A stretch of DNA of 63,890 nucleotides, the filler included, from Xylographa opegraphella (Eukaryota): assembly GCA_022813865.1 (NCBI GenBank). It is 3 parts of 3 records of this genome, joined end to end, with 100 filler letters (N's around TTAATTAATTAA, not from the genome) between each part and the next. Parts side by side here need not be neighbours in the genome. Positions count along the whole stretch, not along the records: positions 28,133 to 55,757 come from JALDZX010000124.1; 2 more parts are not named here. One strand, given 5' to 3'. Under the pieces are notes generated by a model. That model had not been told where the DNA came from and did no database searches. It saw only the letters and a list, made by a program, of their open reading frames with translations. Positions 38,338-50,824 of this stretch are shown in pieces. Numbering within the stretch: the first letter of the stretch is position 1; each line of letters begins with the position of its first letter. The position numbers and the translations under genes are program-made.

Positions 38338-41002
38338 TCAATCATCGTCCAATTCGATATCAAGAGCATCTGGGTTCGCTTCAACGGCGGTATGTTTTCC
38401 CAGGTTGATATTGCCTGCTTCCAGTCCACCACTGGAAGGCACGAATCCCTGCGGTGCTCGAGCTTGACGCTCAAGCGCCGCCATTGCGTCTGCATGATCG
38501 TCAGTCTCGTCTCCTACGTGTCCTCGTCCATCTTGTCGCTGTTGGCTTCGTGCAAGTGCTTGGGATGCGATAAAGTTTACGTCAGTATTGTATTGCGCTT
38601 GGACGCTACGTTTAATACGGAGCATTTCTTTAAAAGTGTCTTCGTTACCGTGCTGTACCTCGAAAGCTTCCCATTTAGACCAGAAGACCGGTGTTGTGCG
38701 CGGGTCGCAGAATTGTGACGCATGGCCATAGATAGCTCTTGCCCGGTCAATTTCACCTAGTCTCCGTTCCATTTCCGCGAACTTGAGACACATATCTCGA
38801 GCTTCTCGATCTGGCAGAGCGGCAATAGCTCTCTCGTATATCGGTCTTGTAGAAGTCAAACCGAAGTTTAATGCCGACTTTGTGATATAGAAACTGAACA
38901 TCTCAGACCGATCCTCGTCAGACACAGCTCGGGTAGCTCGCTCATATATTCGCATTGCATGCCTCGCCAAGCCACGTTCTTCTTCGAGATTACCGTACAT
39001 GAGGTAGAGAGTCTTCGCAAACTTTGGAGGACAGCCTTCTACAGCCTGTTCGAACAAATCCCTCAGCCTCTCTATACCGGTTTTGCGATCCACGGCTTTA
39101 GTGAGGTAGAGATTCCACAATTCGAAGGCGACAGGATAGTTGAAAAGGTCAAGACCTCGTTCATAAACTTTGAACGACTCTTCAAAGTACTTGTTCTCCT
39201 CCAGCAGGTTGGCATAGTTGACGACAGTCTGCGGCGTCGCGATACGAAGCTCGAAGATTCTGTCGTAGACCTTCCTTGTCTCCTCTAGAGTGCTGACGCT
39301 TTCGACTAGATCAACATAAAAACTCCAGAGTTTCCAGCTTTTATGGACACGTTGTTGAGGAGAGAGGGTTTCATCGAAGTAGTCAATGGTCGATCGCTTA
39401 GGAGCTTGAGTAGCTTTTGCCATTATATCTACCGCGTTGTTGAAGTTTTCATTACGAAGTTCCATCTCTGCCCACTCGCACCACATTTCTGCAAGCTCAG
39501 CCACTGATTTAAAAGGTACTTTGACTGCTTTTTCCAGAATGATGCGAGCATTCCTTAAGTCGCCGCCCACTTCGTAAAATCTAGCGTAGTTGGTCCACAA
39601 CTCATGGAATCGCCCAATAGCCTTTCTTGGCTGAATCGCAGAAATAGCATCGGTGTATGTTTGAACCACTTCCTTCTTATTATTGCCCCAAAGGGCGACT
39701 CTCTTCTCCCATTCAACCACGTTATTTGGGTTTTGCCGTAAGAGAACATCGTTGACTAAAAACGGCCGCCGGTCCATGAGCTGCTCGAATCGCATCATCC
39801 TGATATCAAGGTCGAAATCGGCATTGTCGTCGATCTTCCCCTTGTCAGAACGTATGGCGGCAGCGTCCATCAATGTTGCAATGACAGACTCTTCAAATTC
39901 GGTGTATGTATCAAATATCAAAGTAAAGTCTCGGACGGTCATGACTGTAGTTATACCTTCCTCAAAGATATCCCTTGCTCGTTCGAAATTGCCTTTGATG
40001 ATCCAATAAGTCGCAAGACCGGACCAAAGCTTTCCTCGCTGGTCAGCAAATCGTTCTATTCCACTTCTTATGATTCTGTCCACGCTGATGCTAACATCAT
40101 CTCCTAGGTGTACTACCTTCGCATGCGTTACAATCAGATCGATCATCTCGCTCCATAACTGGAAATTGCTTTTTCTCTCCTTACTACGAAATTTGGGATT
40201 GTTAAGTATGTCCATATATCTCCACACAGCTTCTGTGTTCTGTCCCAGGCCAACGAGAAGCTCAATGAAGTCTTCGACATCCTCGGGATGGATTTGCATA
40301 TAGCGTTTCCAGATTACGAGAGACGTTTGGCCTGAAGCCGAGCTTGCGAAAGGTCTGAATCTAGCCCAAATCTTGTTATGTTGAGTAATTGGTAAGGCAC
40401 GAAGTGCACGATCAAAGGCTCGCCTTGTCTTCGTGATGATCGGCTGTTGCATCAAGAGTGTTAAGTACATTTCCCATATCTTGGGCATCTTGTTCAACAG
40501 AATCAGAGCGCGCTCGAACAGAGCGTTGACTTTATTGTACTCTAGTGCATGAATCGCAGGGTTCTTATTTCGCAAGTGCTTCGTCCGAAGCTCGAGGTAC
40601 TAACAATATCATTAGACGACGTTCATCGCGGAAGTGATACACTGACCATCTTCCACAGCTTGTAGGACCGGGGCAGCTGCGCGCATGCTCTTTCGAGAAC
40701 CTAAGCCAAATCAGCGCTGCGTAAACGCATTGCAGCCAGATCAATCATCCTACATATGCTTGTTCAAGTAATGTACCGTGTTGATATTTGAAATCCACGT
40801 ATGCCAACCATCGCTTTACACTTCCAGGTTCGCGTATGATGTCTTGTTCGTAAACGATATCGTCGTTCGACTATGAGTAAATTAGCGCTGAGTACCTTGA
40901 AATTGCACGTAGTGAGCACACAATCAAATACAAGCTGAGATCCATCTTTGGGTGGACAGCACTCGTAGCAATGCGCATGGAATACGAGTCATTGATAGCC
41001 AT
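38338..41002 (-). CDS. SYF1: Pre-mRNA splicing factor Syf1 (XAB2), HAT/TPR repeats; three short 5' exons, then a long exon from ~40600
   Basis: FERALILLNKMPKIW, VLLRQNPNNVVEW and HGNEDTFKEMLRIKRSVQAQY. An in-frame alternative ATG is at 40978. Confidence 0.95.
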
Positions 41003-41325
41003 GCTTCGAAGGAGCTCGCAAGGCATCGAGACTCACAACTTGTGGTCACACACGAACTTGGCTGAGGCAGAATTTCCTCTGGCCGCTACGTTCACGACCA
41101 CGCGAAGTCAGAAACGAGGGCATTCACAATACCTTAAGCTTTGCTCCGTACTCCCGTACTAATTTAGTAAGTTACTGCGTAGTGCCTTATCGGCGCTTAC
41201 TACGGTAGTCTGGATTGGCGCGCCCGTGCCCGCTACAACTATTGTTGACGTGGGTTACTTCCATCCAAAAAGGTCAAAGGACCCACAGCCAACCAAGGCT
41301 ATTCCTTGCAGTCCCTTATCCCGAG

Positions 41326-42587
41326 ATGTCTGGAGCCGGAGTTGGTCTATGTCTTGATTCATTCACAATATTTCATGCTAAGACTCGTAGGATCGGGAAG
41401 CTGTGTTTCCTACTCGGCAGTCGTTGGGGATTATGAAGAGCAAGCTCAAGGGTGCCGAGACAGGCCATAGTTTACTCAAACGCAAAAGTGAAGCACTTAC
41501 AAAGTATGCAGTGCAAAAAGTATTGATTTTTGGATACTAACAAGAGTGTAGACGTTTCCGGGGTATATTTCCATACACTTGCCAATTTGGACTATGTAGG
41601 CACTAATATATGCAGAGATTACTCGCAGAATCGACGAGGCAAAGCGAAAAATGGGCCGCGTTATGCAGATAGCCGCGTTCTCCCTCGCCGAGGTTACGTA
41701 TGCTGTCGGAGGAGACATAGGTTATCAGATCCAGGAATCCGTCAAAGGCGCACGCTTCCGAGTTCGCACGAAGCAGGAAAACGTGTCCGGAGTCTTCTTG
41801 CCCGCTTTTGAAAGTTACAAGACTGATGGCAATAATGACTTCGGTTTGACAGGGCTCGGTAAGGGAGGTCAGCAGGTCCAGAAGTGCAGAGAGACTTACG
41901 AAAGAGCCGTTGAGACACTGGTCGAGCTGGCCAGCTTGCAGGTGAGTTTCCTTGGCGAGGCTTTGCCAGTGGTCCATTGATAAGAAAACAGACTGCTTTT
42001 GTGATTCTTGATGAGGTTATTAAGGTCGTGAATAGAAGAGGTGAGTCCACTCCTGGCTATGCCATAATCGACTGATTAAAAGTGTATGCAGTCAATGCTA
42101 TGTAAGTGTTCAGAGCTCCTTGACACGAATAGTTCAACCTCCTGTTATAACTGCTAACGTTCGTTCGACCAAAAAGTGAACACGTATGCTATCAATTTTA
42201 CTCCTAATGCTTTCCTTGCACTAATTGGTACTAACAGGTCATCATTCCACGGACTGAGAATACCATAAAATGTGATTTGATAGCAGCCAAGTTGCGTCGG
42301 AATTCATTCTTGTCACTGACGACTCCAGATATAAACTCCGAGCTTGATGAGCTTGACCGTGAAGAATTTTACCGCTTGAAGAAGGTACCGGTGTATATTC
42401 ATATCTTGACCACACGTGACATGCTAACAAATATCAGGTTAAGAACAACAAGGTGCGAGATACTGAGAGATCGGACCGTGAAGCTGCTGCGAAGGCGAAA
42501 AGACGTGACAGTGATAAGGAGAACACGGATGGTCCAGGCCCAGTGGATGTTTTGGGCGAGAAGGAAGATCAGGATGTTATTTTTTAA
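41326..42587 (+). CDS. VMA8: V-ATPase V1 subunit D, 10 exons, 256 aa
   Basis: Exons 41326-41340, 41391-41503, 41552-41562, 41616-41941, 41992-42040, 42092-42101, 42177-42183, 42238-42271, 42329-42384 and 42438-42587 total 771 nt. They give REAVFPTR, GHSLLKRKSEAL, NRRVNAIEHVIIP and ELDELDREEFYRLKK. Confidence 0.95.
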
Positions 42588-42804
42588 CTGTGATCACGAT
42601 GGTATGTATAAATGCATCGTATGGCGTACATTCTTAGCATTGCCATTAAGAGTGCTGGTTGGTCTTTGTACTACGTTTCTCCAGAGTTGCACGCAGTAAT
42701 CTATGTTCTGCCCATAAAACTCAATCGAACACGCATGCAGCCCCTATTTTTGCATATTGTCGACAATCTCATATTCAACCACTGGGACATTATAGTAGGG
42801 TATC

Positions 42805-43737
42805 TTATTTTCTCTGGTAAACAACCTTGATGACCTTGCCCTCATCTCCTAGCGTCATGCCTGCCGTGCTCTCCTTTGCACTGATAGCTCCGGCCTCCGC
42901 TTCGTATTCAACAAAAGCTATTCCTTTCCGCCCCGGTACCAACCGCACTTCCCGGAATCCTTCAAATCTGCCAAATATTGATGTAAGGCTGTCGACATCA
43001 TAATCGTCCGGTAAGTTCTGGAGAAAGAGAATCTTGTTCGGCGGCAGGTACTCCTCTGGCACAACGGGACCACCTGCAGGATTGGAGGACTTCAGACCGG
43101 CACCACGCGAGGCTTTGGCAGGTCTCGCTGCTGGTTCCGCACCGTTCGCCGCCGCCGCTCGTTTCAGCTTCTTCTGCGCTTCTGCGGCTTCGCTCGCTTG
43201 CTTCCGCTCTGAAATTGCACAATTCACGTTAGGGATCAATTTGCTAGGCATGATATACTATCTTACCCTTCTCAGCGAGACGTTTTCGTTTGTGGGCTTC
43301 GAATTCTTCGACGTTGCCGTCGTTGAGAACAGTAGCGTCGCTCCTCGTCCTTGCAAAATCCAAGACCATAGGTTTATCAAATAGTTCGAAACCTTGAACT
43401 TCCTTTATAGCGCGACCTGCAGCTTCTGGGTGGTCGAAAACGACAAAGGCTTGGCCTTTTGCTTTGAGGTTCGTCTTGGCCACCAGATCAATGACAGTTC
43501 CATACTCAGAGAATATCTCCGTCAAAGCCTCTTTTAGCTGGTCAACCTTAATACGTTCCTCGAGATTCTTTATCTGTAATAGACATTAGGCACTACGAAA
43601 CAGGTGAAGGATCGTAGCGCTCACCCACATAAACACTGTAACTTGGGTCAGTACATCGCAAATTCTAAGATGTTCTTTAGTACTCACGTTGAGCTGGGCT
43701 GATTGGACATCCCACCCGGAATTGCCAGTGCAGCCAT
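42805..43737 (-). CDS. Two-RRM snRNP protein of the U1A/U2B'' family, 4 exons
   Basis: RRM1 (TVYIKNLEE...KAKGQAFVVF) and RRM2 (PPNKILFLQNLP...EVRLVPGRKGIAFVEY). U1A and U2B'' cannot be separated by eye. Confidence 0.88.
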
Positions 43738-44109
43738 GTGTATGTTTGTGTGCTGGATAAAAAGGCACGTTAGAGAGCCACCTTCAAAAGGACAAGCAGG
43801 GAATGGACTTAGGCAGTCCAGTTAGTCATTGCAGAAGAGTCCGCCAGTGCCCGCTCGGCTTTTATTAAGTGATCCTACCTACGAACCCTTAACCGGCGCC
43901 AAAGCGGCGTCCGAGGTCAACCAAGCGCGTTAAAATAAAGCCTCCTGTTCAAGTGAACGAATGCACCAACTTCCACAAGATCTCTTTTTCGGTGTTAGTC
44001 CAGAATAGGTCCTGCAGTTAAGCTTTGAATCCTCGTTTCTATTTGCTGCATTGAAAAGTGTGATCTACATAGTCATTTCCATAAACAAAATTCAGTAGTA
44101 GGGAATGGA

Positions 44110-45881
44110 ATGCTTCTTTCTACAGGATCTCCTCGACTACGTATTTTATACTGTGCACTGTTGAAAAGGCATTCTAATTTGTGTTCATATGCTACGATGA
44201 CGAGGAAAATCTCACTGACAGATCATGAAGAGACACTACGACAACTTCTTCTTGATGTCTCGAAGTATATCGAAACGGAAGGTGGCTGCATTAGGCCACA
44301 ACTCAGGTTCACTGGGGGCTGGGTACGGGACAAGCTCCTTGGAATCGAAAGCAAGGACATTGATATCGGTATTGATTCAATGACTGGCTACGAATTTGGC
44401 ACCCTGATGAAGCAATACCTGGACGATCCTGCGCGACGTGCCCAATATGGCGAGGTTGCTGTGGGTAAACTGGCTCAGATCGTGGCAAATCCCGAGAAAT
44501 CAAAGCACCTGGAGACAGTAACCACCAAGGTGCTAGGTCTGGACATAGACCTAGTTAATCTCAGGAAGGAGACTTATGATGAGGGTAGTCGCAACCCGAC
44601 AATGGAGTTTGGAACACCGGAAGAGGATGCTTTGCGGCGAGACTCCACTGTCAATGCGCTGTTTTACAACTTGGAGACATCAGAAGTAGAAGACCTTACA
44701 GAAAGAGGTCTTGAAGACATGGAGCTCAAGATGATTAGAACACCCTTGTCGCCGCATCAGACCTTCAAAGACGATCCGCTGCGAATTCTGCGGTGCATAA
44801 GATTTGCAAGTAAACTGGGCTATATTATAGAGCAGGAAGCCGAGAAGTCCATGAGTGATGAATGCATCAAGCATGCGCTGCGAGCCAAAATCAGCCGCGA
44901 GCGAGTTGGCATCGAGATCGAGAAGATGCTCAAAGGTAAAGTGTTGCTTGATTTAGATGCCCAACAATCAACTAACAAGCTCACACAGGACCTCAACCGA
45001 AGTATGCTCTATCTCTGATCGATCGCTTAGGACTTTACAATACGGTGTTCACAGACCCAGGCCAAGAGAGAACCTTGGTCGTCGATACAACGCATTGGGC
45101 AAAGGCATACAACGAGCTCTGCGCTGTCGAAGGAGCAGAGACTGGTGATTGTCTTTCTCCCCCTGCTCTTCAAACCATCAAACACTTCTTGATATCGAAT
45201 ACTCACGAGACCTATCTCTCGTGGCTGCTTTGTGCGCTTACGCCATGGGCAAAGGTGGAAAATCCGGAGAAGCAAAAGAAAGGAGCGAAGAAGAATCCAC
45301 CGATGCTTGCTGTGATTGCGCGTGAAGGTCTCAAGACTGAGAACAAGGCATTGAATGTTATCAAGGACGCGGCGATCTATTACAATGAGATTATTGCTTC
45401 TAAAGACGCTCTCTTTGAGGTAGCTTCGTCAGTCATGGTTCCTATGAAACGAAAGCAGGAAACACTTAGTCGTGAAGCTCTAGGCATGGCAATTCGTAGA
45501 TGGGGAGGCAACTGGCGGAGTGCTACGTTGCTCGCTATGTTGGTAGAAATAATGGGAACTGAAGAGAGTGTCGGTATGCGCCTCCCACTGCTTTTGGTAG
45601 AGCTTATATTTGACACAACTTCAGGGCGCCAGCAAATCGAAGAGCAATACGCGGGGTGGCTGGCGCATGTCAAGAGTCTTGACCTTATGAACGCTTATAC
45701 CTTTAAGCCCGTAGTTGATGGGGCCCAACTTATGCAGGCTTTTGACAGGCCATCCGGAAAATGGATTGTGAGCGCGCTCAACATCGTGATGGAGTGGCAG
45801 CTTCGCAACCCAGGTAAGACGGCGATCAAGGAGGCGATAGGTGAGGTGAAGATGCGTTGGAAAGAGCTTGGGCTCGATTGA
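44110..45881 (+). CDS. CCA1: CCA tRNA nucleotidyltransferase (class II), about 3 exons
   Basis: GGWVRDKLLG..SKDIDI, DLVNLRKETY, EEDALRRDSTVNAL, DDPLRILRCIRFA and KISRERVGIE. Confidence 0.93.
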
Positions 45882-46820
45882 ACGATCGTAAGAAAGCTAC
45901 CTTTCCTCAATCACCCGGACGGCTTTCACCTAAAGGCTGTAATCATCACTTGATGATCAATTCCTGGGCACAAACACACCAACTTGATGCTGATCCTAGC
46001 CGAACTTCAACGGGCTCTTGCTTGATAAGATAAGGTATCAAATACCGAGGTATCTACGAGTACATACCTTACCTACCTGACCTTACCTTAATCATCCCAA
46101 ATCGTTGTTATTCCGGAACCAGCAGCACTAGGTACCTTAGCAATACGCTCATGCAACTGATGGTAGCTTTCGGGATAAAACAGAGCACGCTGCGCTGATA
46201 CTGGGCAAAGCCCCAAGAGCCGTCGGTCGACGCTGATCGCCTGCGCCTTGCGGTTGACCAAGAGCACTCACTTGTAGTTGACAAGCGATACCAACACGAA
46301 GATGATAGGTACAAATCCACAGCACCTTCAGCTCCATTCGACCATCTCTAGAATTGGCGTCCAATCGTGATCGATATTTGAAGTTGGCCGCACAGGTACT
46401 TGTAGCTTCTCGCACAGGTGACCGACGGTCGACTGGACGTATCTACCCAAGCTAAACGTCTTCGTACCTGCCCTTAGGATATCTACCTTAGCAACCTACC
46501 TAAGAAGGTAATAATGAGATAAATCACCTGGGACCTTTGGCAACAGATCTTGACAGATCTTGTCCTAGTCCTACCATTACCTAGACTACCCACTAGGACC
46601 TACGGTACCTACGAGCCTACCTACCTTAGCTCACTTAGGTAACGTGCTGGCAGCCCCGCATGCCTTGCTTGACACCCCACTCCGCCGTTCCCCAAAATCC
46701 CACTCACCTTTGCACATCCTCTCAATCAACAAAAACAACAACTGCTTACTGCTCCATATATCATTCCAACCTGCCACAAAAACACTCATCCACTTGCCAA
46801 CCACAAATCCATCAGCGAAC

Positions 46821-47306
46821 ATGGGTTGGTTTGGTGACGGTGAGTCTCCTCGCTTCAAGGACCCTTTCGATCCGCCCTCGGTCACATTAACATACTCATA
46901 CGTCCTCGTCATGTTCAGATTCAGACCAGGCTCAAGCCAGTCAGCAAATGCAGAACGCTGGCCCCGACAACCAAGCCAGCTTCACCCACGAGCTGATTGC
47001 CGGCGCCGCATCCTACGAGGCAGCCAAGGCCTACGAAAAGCACTGCGCCGCAAACGGTCAGTCCAGCTTTTCCACTTATCTTCCCGCACACGTTCTATCC
47101 ACCTCAGAACACTGACGGACCTGTGCCCAGGCGACCCTGGCTCCCACCAAGAAGCCAAGGAGATCGCCGCGGCCTTTTCCGGCGCCTTCATCGATCGCGA
47201 GGCTGAAACGAGAGGATTGGACTTCATCGACCGTGAGAAAGCCAAGCGTATGGCGGAGGAGCAGAACAACCAGGCCATTGACCAGTCTGGCCAATTTGGG
47301 AACTGA
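46821..47306 (+). CDS. cipC: CipC-like small protein (DUF3759); exons 46821-46839, 46919-47056, 47131-47306
   Basis: Spliced product MGWFGDDSDQAQA...SFTHELIAGAASYEAAKAYEKHCAANG.P.SHQEAKEIAAAFSGAFIDREAETRGLDFIDREKAK. Confidence 0.9.
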   Translation: MGWFGDGESPRFKDPFDPPSVTLTYSYVLVMFRFRPGSSQSANAERWPRQPSQLHPRADCRRRILRGSQGLRKALRRKRSVQLFHLSSRTRSIHLRTLTDLCPGDPGSHQEAKEIAAAFSGAFIDREAETRGLDFIDREKAKRMAEEQNNQAIDQSGQFGN

Positions 47307-48918
47307 CTTCGGCCGGCCGGGGCTTCGGGCCGAAGGGGGGATGTGGCAGACGGCTAGCAGAAGCTTGGCAATACCATACCCATGTACAGTATACCTTAGG
47401 TATCTACCTTAGCTCCTTAGGGAGGTACTGAGGTACTGAGGTATATGATCGGTAGACTACCTACCTTAAGGTACCTCTAGAATAGCGCAGTAGCTCACTG
47501 CCAAGCAGCATTAGGTATGGTTCTACAGTGAATAGGGATACCTTATCCATCCACATCATCGCAGTAGCTTGGTGATACGGTATCAAGTCCAATGGCGAAG
47601 CGTAGCACTGTCGAGCGACATATGATTGCGTCCCACGGTGGTGATCGACATATCTATACATAGTACTTCCCATAGAAAGCCGTTTTGCAACCGCTTCAGT
47701 TTCCGTTTCAAGCTGGCACACCATTCCTTAGGTATCTTTGGGCAGTACCTGCTGCTACTGGGAGTCGGACCAATGATGATATGCCTTTAACGCTAGCCAG
47801 TCGCTTGCGAGTCCTCGCATCTCATCACGAATGGAAATTTGGTGATAAGAGTCACCATCGGATGCTCCTCGTGATAGATACTGCCGTGCGGGCCAGGGCC
47901 GGTCTTTTGTCGCCGCTTGCTACGAGTAACGCAACGTCGGACTCATAGCCCAGCGGAGGAATCATAGCGGTGAGGCCTTGGACATTGGGGTACATATCGA
48001 TCAAAGCATAGAAGACGAGCCGTGCTTGTCAACATTTTTTTTGGTATCTACAGGACGTCGTCCATAGCGGAGAAATGTAGACTGTGTGCAGTGCTTTCTC
48101 GAATCAGCCAGAGGTCGTGGCTTTGATCTTCGGCACAGAATGTCGTCTTTTGGGTTGCCCTAAGCGCTCGACAGTAGACCACCTACCTTACTCGAATGCA
48201 ACCCATGCACCACTTCTATGGTAACGTGCAAGGCATCCTAGCGTTGAGCTGTGATCCATTCGTTCCCAGTGGAGCCTTTTTCAGGAAGCTTTCTCAATCT
48301 CCGAGCAACCCGCCTTCTGAGAATGCACGAGTCTTGAAGGTCGACATCAACAATTGAGAACAACCTTTGGTCGCAACCTAATCAAACAACGACAACAAAT
48401 TGTGTACAGAAATTGGCTCGGTATGCTTTTAGTCCCACAGTCTGAGCAACGATTATGACTAGGGGGGAAGGGTTTTCACTGGCAAGCACTCAAAAAGCCC
48501 GGCTGGTCCACACGGGTCTTCCCTGCGGAGAACTTAACGAATGGTAGTGTGACCTGGTACTTCGGGTCCAAACTGAAGCGGAGGAGTGTCGTACTGGTAG
48601 TACTCCAAAAGTGAGTGCCAATTCGTATACGAAGCTACGCTACTTACTAGTACAGGCTGCTGGTTGCCTCAGTACCCCAGATCCTAGGTAAGTTCCGGCT
48701 GTTAGTACGTACACCGCAAGGCCTCAATGCGCCACGTCTGAGAAACTGAGGCAAGTGATTGAATGACCGCGACTTAATCCTTTGTATAACCTTGGTCATA
48801 CTCGGACAGCCATAAGATTCCACCTAATGACCGATCAACAAGCTTTAGGATCATAGGCCCGAATGCACGAGTTTCAATCTTCGTTCGTAACAAGCCAAGC
48901 TTTCCGTGCTAGGTCGAG

Positions 48919-50794
48919 ATGGATTCCTCCCAACTACGGATCCTTGCAGATAAGTTGGTTCGGAACATTGATGCTGGCGATCCGCTGCCTATCAGCTGTC
49001 TGTCCGAGGAGACAGTAAACCGACTCTCGAAGCAAACATGTCTTGTAGCAATTGTCAAAGCCATTGAAAGCACCGAGAATCTGGGTCTCCTCAAAGTCAC
49101 AATAGTCGTATAGCCATGGTGGATTGATGAAGCTGATCATTGTATCAGATACATGAAACCGTTGTTTGGGCGGAAGGCTTGCTACGAAATCCGCAAGGCA
49201 TCTTTCAGGATAACACCACAGTACATGCCGCTGTCACAATACAGCGATGGACTACCAAGGCTCTTGCACCACCTGAGACCTTTGCGCCAAAATCGCACTT
49301 TGATTCAAGTATCTCCCCCACAGGTCTCTATCTACCATTCTCTGAATCGAAACAGACACCTTTCCCATCTCAACGGCCATAGATACCTTACGATGGGTTC
49401 TCATGGCCGTCGCAGGACTACGTCTCCTATCTTATTTGCAACTTCTGGTTCCCAGGCTTAATGAACAACCGGCTCTGGATCTTGTGACCTCTCTAGCCTC
49501 CTTTACGGACCCGAGAGACCCCTGGACGAGACCCGAGGCGTTCGAGACCGCAAATGCTCTGCTCGTGGAGCTTCTGCGTCATGGTCGGACGGCGAACCCG
49601 AAGTTCTTGTCAAATCTGCTCGCAGGACTCTTGCAGGACAAAGTCAAGCCAAGTTTCGCCAAGGCTAAGAATTCGGCGATCACGGACCAAGGTCGCAAGG
49701 CGAACTATCACCTACCTAGCGCCGTGGACCTCGGCGACTCCGAAGTCCAGCTGAAGGCGTGGAAGTTTCGCGAGGTCTATATTCCAACCGTTTTCCAATG
49801 GATTCTCGGAAAACTCGATGTTTGTTCCATCTGATGTTTTCATATGGAAACTAACATATAAAAGGAGAGCACTATTCAAGAGCATTGGCCACTTGTGATT
49901 CCGCCGCTGCTGGCCATTCTCGATGACGAGGCCATCGACAACAAGATTAAGGGTTGCTCGTTGCTCGTTGCATTGTTGAAAATAACGCCGCCCTCGCTTC
50001 TCCAGAAGACAGGACTTGGAGAGGTCTTCCACGATGCTCTGTTGCCTTGGCTCTCATTTTTACCGAGCCTCACGCCAGAGGAGCAATCCATTCGATTACT
50101 CGATGCTGTCTACCCTACGTTGCTTCACCTCCTACGCATCAGATATCCCGGATCTGAACTATCGGTCCAAAAGACCGCTGTACTGGATCAGATGGTCAGG
50201 ATTGGAATATTGAACGGATTCGGCCACGCTGGCGAATATGTGAAGATTGCTACGATCTTGATGAAATGGTTATTGGAATTGGTCAACGAGATGGGGATCA
50301 TGTCTGTCAAGCACTTCAAGGTATCGATGTTTGCCAGCTTCAACATGGATTCTTGGAAGTAACACGGTTCACAGGATCTTCTACCACTAATTAGCGGTGT
50401 GCTTTCAGCCCCTTTTTGTGCAGCTCACCCCTCTCTGCTACTAGCGGCAGCGGCAGCATTGCAAGCAATCATACTGAATGGCTGGCCTCGGGTAGGTTAT
50501 TATCAAGCTGAAATACTGAAGGGACTCGCATTATGCTGGAGTACTATGAATGAGGATATCTGCCAGTCTCACGAGGTAGACAGTGTCAACATTGCAGTGC
50601 TGCGGGATATATGTTTGCTGAGAGAATCGGTGCGAACCAACATCGTTGGGCCGCGGGATATGGACCAGTTGTTCCCGGACAACCATAGATTGAGAGACTT
50701 GCTCAAGTCGGCGATCAATGTGCCCGGGCGAAAAGACTTGGGGACATTTTCAGGAGATGGGTCATCGCTGTATGCACAATTTTGTAGAGGATAG
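48919..50794 (+). CDS. TTI2: Tti2-family (TTT complex) HEAT-repeat protein, about 5 exons
   Basis: SFTDPRDPWT, HWPLVIPPLLAILDD, KTGLGEVF and LSFLPSLTPEEQS resemble fungal Tti2. The start codon and 5' exons are less certain. Confidence 0.75.
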
Positions 50795-50824
50795 TACATT
50801 CATGCTCCGCAGAAGCGCGGACCA

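Noticed and set aside
46644..47306. 220-aa ORF from the track
   Set aside because: It reads through the 5' UTR and two introns. The spliced CipC-like model explains the locus better.
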